Below are positions 39,966 through 52,152 of a stretch of DNA of 64,000 nucleotides, piece after piece. The notes beneath the pieces were generated by a model. It was not told where the DNA came from. It worked only from the letters and a program-made list of their open reading frames with translations, and did not search any database. A program made the position numbers and the translations under genes. Source of the stretch: Octopus sinensis (Eukaryota); NCBI RefSeq assembly GCF_006345805.1, contig NC_043008.1:74214001-74278000 (forward strand), in the 5' to 3' direction. The stretch's first letter is position 1. Each line of letters starts with the position of its first letter.

Positions 39966-40814
39966 ATATATATATATATAGCTACACATGCACACACATA
40001 CATACATATAAAAATTATCGCAAACATCTTAACCAACCTAAATTTCGTTTATCGTTAATCACTGCTTGGCGCTGATGCTGCTGCTTTTATTCTGACCAGA
40101 TAGTCCACTAGCGCAAGTCAGTCACTGATGTTTACTGATTTTGAGTTAAATCTAAATCATTGAATTTGCCCAAAGCCATCTCTCATCCATTTTTCCCATT
40201 GAGTAACGCTAAATATCCAGAAACACTCTTCTAAGAATTCGCTTGGGAGGCATAAAAACATATTTCTCCACGGTAACTACATTGAAGTCGACTCTAGGAG
40301 TTGAATTGTTACCAACATAATTTGATCAATATAAAGTTTATATTTGTGTGTATTTTTATATGTATATATATTTGTATGTACATATATGAATGTGTGCGTA
40401 TATATATATATAAGAATGACAAATACTATGAACTTCATTAGCTTACAGTTGTTTCTGCTATAAGATGCGATGCACTCAACTACGAATGCACCAAGCTGTA
40501 AGCTAATGAAGTTAATAACTTATTGTTTATACTGTTGTCATGCCGATTTCTTATTACCGCTCTGTACTCATCTGATCCTTCGACCTGAAGCATATGTATA
40601 TTTAAGTTTAAAACTAGCTTATTAGTATCACAATGTCTAAGCGAAATATGTATGTGTGCGAGTGCGCGTGCGTTTCTATGTATGTAATGTAATGTAGCAG
40701 TCAGTTCACCCTAACTAGTTGGTAAATTCTGGAAGTATTCGTTAGTCAAGTTAACCAATGCAACAGTGAATATATTCTGTTTGAGAAGAATTGTGCAGAA
40801 ATCAGTTATATATA

Positions 40815-41335
40815 ATCCTGAGCCACTACACAAAGAAGATTGGGTCAGCGCTGCAGATGTTGTGAGAGATTAATGGAACTGAAGCTCTTCTCCCTAGAGA
40901 GAAGAGCAAAATATATTCCGTGGTATACATACGTAAGTTTTCTTGAAGGTCTAGTTCTCAAATTAGGAATTAAAATCTATACCAACTACCGAACTGGGCA
41001 ACGTTGCGCAGTACCGAAGTTCTTATCCCCTCCTTCTACAATAAGGATCCACTACTGTAAGAGCTTGGGTTTCAATCGTCCACAACAATTTAACATACTG
41101 TCAGAGAGCCTCGGAGATTTGTGAAATGTAAATGTCGGGTCTTCAAAGAACGTCTGGACAAATTTTTAATTGAGATCCTATATGGAGCCACTTCGCGGTA
41201 GGAAACATGAAGAAGAGCAGATCCGTCCAATTCACCAATTCACCAAAACGTACACAGAAAATAGACCCAATCGAACTGAAAGGCGGTTCCCTAGAATGGC
41301 TGCATCCTATCGCTAAAACCAGTAAAAGATTAAGA
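40815..41335 (+). mobile_element. Decayed 3' fragment of the CR1/L2-group LINE
   Basis: CERLMELKLFSLERR..GIKIYTNYRTGQRCAVPK..YCKSLGFNRPQQFNILSESL parallels the 13091-14071 C-terminus; degenerate tail at ~41281-41325. Confidence 0.78.
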
Positions 41336-41489
41336 AATATGTAAACTGGTTTTATTAACTGAATTACCTTAATGATGGGACGATTTGTGTGCTTGTACTG
41401 CGGATATCCGCTCGTACTTCAAAACGAAAATTCAAGTCTCGGCTCGTACAGCAAATTACTCGTATACTGGTCTACTGCGAAGTTTTACT

Positions 41490-41570
<81 letters not shown>

Positions 41571-42149
41571 CATATGTATGTATGCATATAGAGTGAGAGA
41601 GAGAGAGAGAGAGAGACTGAACGGATGAGATCGAAAGATACCCAATGTAGACATTCAAAGTCTTCGGGGTAAAGAGTAACTATAAGAGGAATCCAGGTGA
41701 GCAGATATAGAGATAACGATACAAATAATTTGCTAGACATGCAAAATATACACGCATATATACATATAAATAGAGAGACCCAAAGACCTAAGATATTCAG
41801 GGGATGAACATTTGTGTTTAATATATAGATATTTATATATTAAGAGAGCAGACGTACACAGTAAAAAGGCACAGAAAAATAAAGGGGAGACAGTATGGTA
41901 TTTCAAGTCCAACAAGCGTTTTGGGGGCCTTGGACTCACGTAATAATACTAGCAGATACAGTTCGCAAAAATTTGAGCGTAGGCAACCAATGGTGGATGC
42001 GACTAAGCATTAGGTAAATCCAGCCTCCATCTTCAGGATGTAGAGATTGATATGTATATTTTAAATATCTAGCCTGAGCAGTTTTATTCGTATATTTGTA
42101 TGATTAGCTCTCTCTCTCTCTTTTCTCTCTCTCTTTATATATGTATATA

Positions 42150-42845
42150 TATATAATTTCAACAATTGAGGGTAAAATTAATTAATTAATTAATCAATTT
42201 CACCAAGTATTCAGTATGCAAAGGGACCATTTAAGGCGAATTCAAATTATTACATTATATAAAAGGGCTTAGTAAAATAAATTACTTTGCCGCATACTGA
42301 ACTCGTTAGAAATAGCAGCTAAAAAAACTTTTTATAAAACTATTTCTAACACTTAAAGAAAACCTCTCTCATATAGTGTTTGCTCAATTCAACTCAAGGA
42401 AGTATGGGGGTAGAGACATTAAAAAATCAAATGCAAAGGTTATTTGAGTACGTACGTTTCAAGATTAGTCAAAATCGACCCTTCTCTCATCAGCTCAGAA
42501 TGCCCTTGTTTGAATCTGAAAACACTGAAAATGGGAGCATACAAGCCGAAAGGGTATGCTCCCATTTTCAGTGTTTTCAGATTCAAACAAGGGCATTCTG
42601 AGCTGATGAGAGAAGGGTCGATTTTGACTAATCTTGAAACGTACGTACTCAAATAACCTTTGCATTTGATTTTTTAATGTCTCTACCCCCATACTTCCTT
42701 GAGTTGAATTGAGCAAACACTATATGAGAGAGGTTTTCTTTAAGTGTTAGAAATAGTTTTATAAAAAGTTTTTTTAGCTGCTATTTCTAACGAGTTCAGT
42801 ATGCGGCAAAGTAATTTATTTTACTAAGCCCTTTTATATAATGTA
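42150..42845. mobile_element. HHR-bearing repeat related to the 563-bp family, with a perfect 292-bp palindrome, between (TA)n tracts
   Basis: Arms 42251-42542 and 42554-42845, 11-nt spacer; homologous to the reverse complement of ~7980-8340. Confidence 0.88.
42596..42653 (+). ncRNA. Type I hammerhead ribozyme (mirror copy on minus strand at 42443-42500)
   Basis: UUCUGAG-CUGAUGA-GAGA[18 nt]UCUU-GAAA-C-GUAC-GUA^CUCAAA; palindrome ACGUACGU. Confidence 0.86.
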
Positions 42846-42897
42846 TATATATATATATACATATATATACAAGCATACATACATACATATATATATA

Positions 42898-42973
<76 letters not shown>

Positions 42974-42993
42974 CATATATTTATATAATATAT

Positions 42994-43050
42994 GGCGGTG
43001 CCTCAGCAGGGCCACAGCTTGTGAGCTGAAACTAAATAAAATTAAAAAAA
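42994..43050 (+). mobile_element. Isolated LINE 3' tail (extreme 5' truncation) in a TA tract
   Basis: ggcggtgcctcagcagggccacagcttgtgagctgaaactaaataaa matches the LINE tail at 14182-14232. Confidence 0.72.
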
Positions 43051-43799
43051 CAAATATATATATACATATATACACGCATACATACATGCATATATATGTG
43101 TGTGTGTGTGTTTGTGTATATAGCAAATAATATAATATAATATATAGTACAGGAAGTCACCAACAGTGCAAGTAAGATGAAATATGAAAACAACGAAAGA
43201 TTTTTGAAAATGGAAAACACAGAGAGAGGACCCTTCCTCAGTTGTCGGCTGTCTATCTGCTCATCATTTCGAGCATTCAATGACAATATGAGTCATCAAA
43301 GACTATTGCTCCAATAAATTCTAAAATAAAATTTAGGATTTATGGAGGGTCAAATTTGGGAACAAAAGAATGGCAGTGGAAACATACAAGGAAACCGAAC
43401 AAAAACAAACATGGACGTATGTTATACAAGAGTGATAAGGGAATAGTGAAGGTTAAGTGAAACATTTTTATGAAAAGAGAAATGAGAGAAGAGAGAGAAA
43501 CACGTCCGCTCATTTAAACGTCCGTGCAGGAAGAGAAAGTTGGTCACGTCAGGAAAGGAATGATGGAAGATGGTCACGTGTGAACAAAGAGAGGGTGAGA
43601 GAGAAAAAGAGAAAGTAGGGGTGAGAGACACAGACAGAGGAAGGTGAAGGAAGAAGGGAGAGAAAAAGGGAATTAGAGAAGGATGGAGGAAGAAAACAGT
43701 AAAGAGTAGAGAGTGGCATCAAAAGTGAAGATAAGCTTAATTGGAAATGGATGCCTCACGTTTAATTGAAAAATAAATAAGAAATAATATATATATAAT

Positions 43800-44015
43800 A
43801 AAAAATGAATGTGCCCTTTTCCGGTTTCCCGATTTCTATGGCGTATGTGTTCCCCAGCTGGACGGAACGCCAGTCCATCGCAGCGTTACTCAATTTTGCC
43901 ATCAACGTAAAATGTAGTGTTTTGTTTAAGAACACAACACGTCACCCGGTCCAGGAATCGAAACTACAATCTTACGATCATGATACTGACACCCTAACCA
44001 CTAAGCCACGCACTA
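43800..44015 (-). mobile_element. tRNA-derived SINE family C with Meta-like and V-like central motifs
   Basis: Minus strand: gcgtggcttagtggttagg (A box), gtttcgattcc (B box), gtgttgtgttcttaaacaaaacact, gcgatggactggcgttccgtccag. Domain names are from memory. Confidence 0.65.
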
Positions 44016-44057
44016 AGCTACACACACCACACACACATATATATATATATTATATAT

Positions 44058-44091
<34 letters not shown>

Positions 44092-44340
44092 GCATATATT
44101 GGTATAGAACACTCTCTCTCTCTCTCCTTCCAGCAAAATATTTCTCCCAGCGTTCACTATTTTCCTCTCACTCTGGTCTAACAACTGATGAAGGGTCCTT
44201 TCAATGTGTTACCTTGTCCTGTTTTGCAATTTTTTTGTTTGTTTACGTTTTACGTATTTCATGTTATTTGCACCGTTGGTGACGTACTGTACCCATATAT
44301 GCATGTATATATATATATATATATGTTTATAAATATACAT

Positions 44341-44404
<64 letters not shown>

Positions 44405-44410
<6 letters not shown>

Positions 44411-44777
44411 GGCAGTTTGTCTGTGCGTGTTTCTGTGTGTCTGTTTGCTTGTACCCTCACCCTGACCACGGCTTTCAACCGATTCTGATGAAACTTGACA
44501 CACACATAGCCCAATGTCATAATTCAAAACTAACGCAGCAAAAATTTTGAAATGTTCCCCCAGTTCTGAAAAAAATCGATAAATTCGACACGGGGTCGAG
44601 AATCAGAAACACGAACCACAAACTGTCTAGGGAACGCAACTCAACCTTTTTTAAATCTCCCCCAAAAAAATACCATCATTTTCTTCCATTTTTTTGCTAT
44701 TTTTTGGCTATAACTCTCTACAAATGCTTTATAGTTATTTCCCTTACAAACCTGAGCAACGCCGGGCGATACTGCTA

Positions 44778-44778
<1 letters not shown>
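44405..44778 (+). mobile_element. Non-autonomous Helitron-like element
   Basis: 5' gtttgtctgt/gtctgtttg core and caaccgattctgatgaaacttg; 3' gagcaacgccgggcgatactgCTAG followed by T; inserted in (TA)n. Confidence 0.7.
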
Positions 44779-44817
<39 letters not shown>

Positions 44818-44890
44818 GTATGTATGTATGTATATGTATGTATGTATATATATATATATGTACATGTATATATACATATATATATATATA

Positions 44891-45211
44891 CAACTTTAAA
44901 ATAGGATAAAATCTTTATAAGAAATTATGAAGTAGTTAGCATGAAAAACCTCATAAAGGAAAAGGTTTATTAATTATTCCTTTCCAATATATATATTTAT
45001 ATTAAGGGCATTACTAAGCATAATCGCCTTACGCTAGAAGGGACTCTTAAAGTCAAAACTACCATAATAAATACATTGTACCGAACGCGAGGGAATGCAT
45101 TTAAAGGGAACATACTTTAAGGGAATAATTAATAATTATTTTCCCTTATGAGGCTTTTCACGCTAACTACTTGATAATTTCTTATAAAGATCTTATTCTA
45201 TTTTTAAATTG
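44891..45211. mobile_element. MITE with ~70-90 bp TIRs and TA flanks (Tc1/mariner-type)
   Basis: Terminal 71 nt match in inverted orientation with 8 mismatches (caactttaaaatagg.. vs ..ctatttttaaattg); TA on both sides. Confidence 0.78.
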
Positions 45212-45390
45212 TAAATTTAACCGGAATATAATCAGTGCTCAATTTTATTCTGAATAAACACGTGTACAGAGATGCAATTCGAAAGGCCCGCCTTTTACGT
45301 CGATATATATGTATGAATAATTCTATGTACTATGCTGGATATATTTGGTGTTCGTCTGGTATGTTGATTTTTATGTTTCTTGATTATGCG

Positions 45391-45448
45391 TGCACTGACG
45401 ATTAAAAAGTGCATTTTGTGCGTTAATTATGAAATCATATGATCTGCA
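45391..45448 (+). ncRNA. Type I hammerhead-like motif, U-U variant, in repeat ~45215-45590 that ends at (TA)n
   Basis: UGCA-CUGACGA-U-UAA[..]UUA-U-GAAA-U-CAUAUG-AUC^UGCA; palindrome AUCAUAUGAU; stems are short. Confidence 0.62.
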
Positions 45449-45600
45449 GCTGAATCTGCTTTTTAAAGGACTCGTTTCGAGAGTTGCAATCCCTCGCGTT
45501 CAGTACAATGTGTTTATTATGGTAGTATTGACTTCAAGAGTCCCTTCTCGTGTGAGGCATTTATGTATAGTAATGCCGTTAATATATATAATATATATAT

Positions 45601-45639
<39 letters not shown>

Positions 45640-45666
45640 ATGTGTATCGGTGTCTGTGTATGTATG

Positions 45667-45708
<42 letters not shown>

Positions 45709-45771
45709 GTATATTTTATACCTGTATTACTTTGTAATTGTATATAGTATTATATAATTTACAACATATCC

Positions 45772-46179
45772 AGGAGTGGCTGTGTGGTAAGTGACTTGCT
45801 TACCAACCACATGGTTCCGTGTTCAGTCCCACTGCGTGACATCTTGGGCAAGTGTCTTCTGCTATAGCCCCGGGCTGACCAATGCCTTGTGAGTGGATTT
45901 GGTAGACGGAAACTGAAAGAAGCCTGTCGTATATATGTATATATATATATAAGTGTGTGTGTATGTGTTTGTGTGTCTGTGTTTGTCCTCCTAGCATTGC
46001 TTGACAACCGATGCTGGTGTGTTTACGTCCCCGTCACTTTGTGGTTCGGCAAAAGAGACCGATAGAATAAGTACTGGGCTTACAAAGAATAAGTCCCGGG
46101 GTCGATTTTCTCGACTGAAGGCGGTGCTCCAGCATGGCCGCAGTCAAATGACTGAAACAAGTAAAAGAGTAAAAGAGTA
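45772..46179 (+). mobile_element. tRNA-derived SINE family A, full length
   Basis: aggagtggctgtgtggtaag (A box), ggttccgtgttcagtccc (B box), CAGTC-AAAT-GACTG tail hairpin, (gtaaaaga) repeat tail. Confidence 0.9.
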
Positions 46180-46330
46180 TATCCACTAACACAAATATGT
46201 AAAATAACTTACACATTAAAATAAATTATTTTTCAACGATTTGGGCACAAAACGATAGTAATATCATGCATGTGAAATAAATATATTTATCTCATACATC
46301 CTGATTTTTTATTATAGTGTATATATACAT

Positions 46331-46396
<66 letters not shown>

Positions 46397-46538
46397 AATT
46401 TATAAGCGAGGGTAAAAGAAAAAAAATTCTAATGCCAAAATATGCCGAAAATAGACACAACGTCAATAACCATGTAATTTATCACTACAAGCACGTGATT
46501 CGAAGAAAGCCGACAGAAATTTCTAAAAAAACCCGATA

Positions 46539-46599
46539 TTACCATATCGGACCCGATTTCCGAGTTAGTTCATAAGAACCTTCCCTTCATCAGTGGAAA
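46539..46599 (-). ncRNA. Type I hammerhead-like motif in TA-flanked repeat ~46392-46790
   Basis: UUUCCA-CUGAUGA-AGGG[GGUUC-UUAU-GAACU]CUCG-GAAA-UCGG-GU-CCGAUA^UGGUAA; core intact; A.G mismatch at first stem II position. Confidence 0.6.
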
Positions 46600-46797
46600 A
46601 TGCGGCATAGAAATAAGTGAAATAATTACTTATACCCACGGAAGAAGCGAACACTAAGTCATGAGCACAATTAAGTACCCCAAATATAACCAAAATAAAA
46701 ACTCTCGAGTACACCTCGAGACACGTGCGATTCGAACCGAAAAACTCTCGTTAAGTGAGGTAGTCCAGAAGTGAACACTATTAATATATATATATAT

Positions 46798-47152
46798 AGG
46801 CGCAGGCATGGCTGTATGGTAAGAAGCTTGCTTCCGAACCACATGATTGTGGGTTCAGTTCCCACGACTAAATACTTGTGAGTAGATTTGGTAGAAGGAA
46901 ACGGAAAGAAGCCAGTCGTATATATGTATATATATTGATGTGTGTGTGTGTCGTTCTGCCTGTGTTTGTCTACCCAGCATCGCTTGGCAACCGATATTGC
47001 TGTGTTTACTTAGCTGTTTGGCAAAAAAAATCCCCGATAGAATAAGAACTGAGCTTACAAAGAATAAGTCCATGGGTCGATTTCTTCGCCTAAATCCCTT
47101 TAAAGCGGTTGTCAAGCATGGCCACAGTCAAATGAGTGAAACGTGTAAAAGA
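46798..47152 (+). mobile_element. Diverged, internally deleted SINE family A copy
   Basis: Homologous to 45772-46179. Confidence 0.75.
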
Positions 47153-48146
47153 ATGCACACACACACAAATATATTTCCAGCCAGATATCAACTCCGGGCA
47201 ATATTTCTGGGAGTCCTCAGGTACCTCCTCCAGAGAGTCCTACGAGAAGGAACAGATATAAGATTTTCCGGCTGTATTCTCAAGCACGGTCAACTATATT
47301 GTCCAACCATTTCGTTCTTCGTCTCGACAAGCAACTCCCCTCATTATTGTATTGGTTAACTTGAAGAAAGGCACTACTAGAATATACTAAGCAGCGTGTT
47401 CGATACCAAAACCACATCATATTTGTGACTAGTACAATTAATGACAACATAAGAATCAAATAGTCTATAGAAACCTCTACTAGTACTAAGAAAAGTATTT
47501 ACCACATCGAGAACAAAACAAGTTATAGAAATTCGAAACCTTGGAACGACTTTATAAAATGTAGGAGAAACACCTTTCCACAATTCCAAAGCGCCAATAT
47601 TTCACAACTGCTTATATTGTTAGAAAGCAGAGGGGCACATGGGTGGAGCTGTAGTAACGGTGGCTTGAAACTACTTAAAACGAAATAATAACAACAACAA
47701 CAACAACAACAATAATAATAATAATAATAATAATGATAATAATAATAATAACAATAATAATAATAATAATAATAACTAAAACAACAACAATAATCAGAAA
47801 TTCGTTGCATGGCCTGCATAGATCGAATAGCTTCAAGTAGAGTGCTATCTAGAATGAAATATAAGAAAAAAAGAGAAAAAGCTAGATGAGAATGGAGACG
47901 GAGATAAAAGATTGTCGAGAAGGAGGTGGTGTAAGAAGGAAGTCGGTGTTCATCAAAGTAAAGTTGGGTTGAGATAAGAGAAGAAAGGAATAAGAAATGG
48001 TCGTTAGGAGAAAGAGAAGATATAAGGGAGAGAGAGAAGAAAAGGAGAGGGAGGGGGATAGAAAAGGCGGGGAATGGGAAGAGATGAGAAAATGTGAGGT
48101 AAGAGATATAAAAATTGAAAACAGAAAAAATAAGGTAGGTAAAGCA

Positions 48147-48201
<55 letters not shown>

Positions 48202-48415
48202 ATGTATATGTATATATGTATGTACATATACGTACGTGTGTGCGTGTGTGTGCATGGGTGTGTGCATATGTGTGTGTGTATTTCTGTGTCTATATGTATA
48301 CATATATATATATACATATACATACACATATACACACTTACAAGTATTTGTGTGCGCGTGTGTGCGTCTGTGTGTGTGTATGTCTCTGCGTCTGTTTGTG
48401 TGTATGTATGTGTGC

Positions 48416-48456
<41 letters not shown>

Positions 48457-49017
48457 GCTCACCCAGATTTCAGAGATTTGGTCAGATGGCGGAACGATCG
48501 AAAATATGACAGAATACGGATAACCAATAAATCGATCAAAGCATCGATATTCACCCACACACATAAACACACACCCGCTGCGGGATGCACACACACACAC
48601 CCGCTGCGGGATGCACACACACACACCACACACACACACACACACATACACTCACCCACACAAACACACGACCGCGCGCGCAAACAAACTTGTATTGTCT
48701 AATACAATCACGCACTCAACAATTTTTCCCTCCTCCGTTTATATCTACATTGGTAGACACTAAAGAACACATGCGCATATGGAAACACGTATACAGACAG
48801 ATAAAAAGACAGACAGACACACATACACACATATACACACACATCTGTGTGTGTATGTGTGTGTGTATATGTATGTGTGTATAAGCATATACACACACAC
48901 ACGCACACGTTAGAATGGTATGAAATGTTTATCTCTGTAAATATATAGCATGTTTCCCTCGTTGTGGTATTTTTCCTGCATTGTTTTGAGCATATATCAT
49001 CATCATCATCATCATCC

Positions 49018-49054
<37 letters not shown>

Positions 49055-49069
49055 TATTATTATTATTAT

Positions 49070-49135
<66 letters not shown>

Positions 49136-51071
49136 CTTTATTACTTTTTTGTTAAATATACGATCAAGTCTATCTGAATATCTTCTCGTGTTATGCTCAC
49201 GCACAAACGCATACATACGTACACCCAACACAGTTATGTACACATACACACTTATAGACACACATACACGCAAACATATGAACACACATGCACACATCAA
49301 AGACTGAACGCTCCAGCAGTCTTTTTAATCTTACATAGACATTTTACTATTATCAGAGATTGTATTTCTCATATTTCAATAACTTTTACTAAATTATGCA
49401 AATTCTGATAAAGGATTCCAAAGGGAAACAGAGAGAGACTGGAAGAGAAGAGGAGAGATGGCGAGAGAATCGTAAAGTAAAAACGAGAGAAATATAGTGA
49501 AAGAATAAGGGAGTGAGGTAGGAGGTAAAAGTGGTGGTAGAGGAGGTGAGCAAAAAATAAAAGAAGTTCCTTAGAAAAATAAACGAGTTTTGACGTCAAC
49601 GAAGAGAAGAAAAGAGGCATTAAAACATGGAAAGTTTTGTTCGTTGCTTATTGTTTTGCACAATTTCTCTATGAGAATTTGCTGATGTCTCCAAGATCAA
49701 CAGATATTTGAAACCAATGGTTCACGGATATTATTGATTAAATACTCTATTTTCCTAGAACATTCTTTGAGGAAAAGCAAGAGGGGAATAAAGGAAAACG
49801 AAGATACAAAAAATCAAAAAAAGATGAAAATATAAGCAAAAAACAAATACAGATGAGACACTGAACGACAATTTCAATTCTGAAATATGTAGAATATAGA
49901 ATATATATTCTTGGTAACAGATATGCATAAATGTGTGTGTGTGTATTAGTGTGAACACGCAATCTTAAAGACATCAGTTTGCCAGGGGCATGATCATGAG
50001 TGTAGAAAATAGTGAGCCAAATAAAGAGTTTTATATATATATATAAGGTTTTAGGCATAGATGATTACCAGATTCGCCAGAAATAACAGCGAAATTTTGC
50101 GCAGGTACATCATACTTCTTTCAATAAGTAAGAGCCCACAATACCATACAGCTTTACATATAACTAAAACAGGCAGGGAATTCACAATAAAAATCCCCAC
50201 CTCTTAAGCTTTTTGAATTGTGAATATTTTCAGGAATTTCTAGAGTTTATTATTTTTTTTTTTTCGAAACTGCTTTCGGATTTATAACTTTTTAGGCATG
50301 GGTGATTAAAATAAGAGGCGTATTACCAACATAATAGAGATTTATAATCTACATTTACAGTCTACAGGCATCGATTAATAATAAACACATACATAGATAC
50401 ATACATACAAAGGAGAATCTGGATAAACTTGGGTTTTCAGAAAGATAAATCGACCGGCTAATTCGTACATTACAAGTGCAATCTGTGAATGGAATTGTAA
50501 AAATATGCAAGAATTTTCTCAAGTTCCAAGTGTGAATTTGTCTGTGTTAACTACATCTCAAAGATGGAGCCTTGTATCTTTTTTGGAAACCGGCTCCTTC
50601 TTCTGTGGAAGATTTGCAATAATTAAAAGGTAGAAGAGACATTCATATATGCATAAATACATACAGACAGACAGACAGATGGATAGATAGACAGATAGAT
50701 TGATAGATAGAGATATAGATGTATATAAACACGGATGCGTCCAGTCATAGGCACATTTATAAGCAAGGTCATAGGCAAGTGTGTACATAAATACATGAAT
50801 TGCTTAATACATATTTTTTTTTGGAAATGTGTGTCGAATACAGTGTGTACGCTTGAAGCAATCATTATTGAATAGAACTATGAATCAGAGAGGTAATTTT
50901 ATTTATCGGACATATCGCCATATTGTAAATAACCTCTCATATACCTGTATCTATCTTTATAATCACACACACACAACACGCACGCACACACACACACACA
51001 CACATACACACACATAAACACGTAACATGTATGCATACATACATACATATGCATTATTACATTTATATAGA

Positions 51072-51930
51072 CTAGCAGAAAGACCACCCTCCGGGCGGTT
51101 TTCTGGTAGCCCCTTGATAATAATTTTACGTTTGATTCCCAATTCAAATAATTTTTATGATATTTTGCGTCTAATTATTTTGTTTCTATAATAGTGCTCA
51201 CTTGCTTAATAAATATTGCTTTCATTATTTTATTACAGCTATAATTTCTCTTTTATTAAACAAAAATAAAGGTAGTCCAACTACGGAGGGGCACAGTTTG
51301 TCAAGTTTTTAGCTTCCCCTACAAGCAACACCTTCGAAATGGTGGTGGGGGGACATCTTTGTATGAAAAAGTTTTGAATTTTTTTACAACCGCTCTCCCT
51401 CATCATCCCACTCCAGAACTATTTTACCCATTTTTTTTGCTCTTCATAAAATGAGAGGAGCTTTTTCGGTTAAACAGTAATAAAAGCTATTAAAATTTTC
51501 AGAGGGAAAGTGAGTGATTTAAGATTTGGTTGTTGTTTCTTACACAGCCCACTACAACCCTCCTCGTTTTTTATCACTCTCGCATGCATTGATGGTTGTC
51601 AATATCTTTCTCCCCGTAAATATATGTATATCCTTTAAAAAATAAAATGTTTTTTTTTTTGCAACTCACTCCCTGCCTCCGATTGTTTCTGTTTATAATT
51701 TGAAATATTGGAGAGCTTTAGCGGGTCATTGCTGGCACTTATCCACAACCATTAAAAGAAAAAAAAAGAGAGCTATATAAACAATAATTCATTTTAATAG
51801 CATACTTTTCTTTTCTTTTCTTTTACTTACACACTTACATGACTTCGCTTGAGTGAGGTGGGGGTAAAAATTTAGATTACAATTTTTTTTCTTGCTGCTT
51901 ATACTCCAGAAATGGACCACGCGTGTGTCT
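51072..51930 (-). mobile_element. Probable non-autonomous Helitron (3' end at 51072; 5' boundary uncertain)
   Basis: Minus strand ends ACCGCCC-GGA-GGGTGGT hairpin, then ctttctgCTAG-t. Confidence 0.5.
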
Positions 51931-51964
51931 GTGTGTCTGTGTGTGCGTGTGTGTAGTTATGTAT

Positions 51965-52152
51965 GTTTGCAGTCTTCTCATGCCGAATGCATCGATTCTC
52001 GCCCAATCACCGAAGTTAAGCATTGTCGAGCCTAATTAGTGCTTAGATGGTGGCTGTTTGGGAAAGCTAGGTGCTGCTAGCATCTCAACTTTTCTGGCAG
52101 CACCCCCAGCATGGCTACAACCTTTGGGCTGAAGCGCATAAAAGAATAAAAC
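51965..52152 (+). mobile_element. Decayed 5S rRNA-derived sequence (119 nt) fused to a LINE-type 3' tail; SINE3-like
   Basis: attctcgcccaatcaccgaagttaagc and ttagtgcttagatggtggctgtttgggaa..ggtgctg match 5S box A/IE/box C regions. 52096-52152 resembles the LINE tail. Confidence 0.75.

Noticed and set aside
42380-42716. Identical ORFs on both strands (MSTYVSRLVK..., MLNSTQGSMG...)
   Set aside because: A by-product of the 292-bp palindrome.
41800-43320. Short open frames at ~41830-42025 and ~43150-43315 as host exons
   Set aside because: No consistent splice sites or recognisable motifs.
49681-49728. CTGATGT..GAAACCAATGGTT
   Set aside because: A9 altered; stem II absent.
51965-52083. Functional 5S rRNA gene
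   Set aside because: Many substitutions across the helices, no T-run terminator at the 3' end, and followed by a LINE-like tail.
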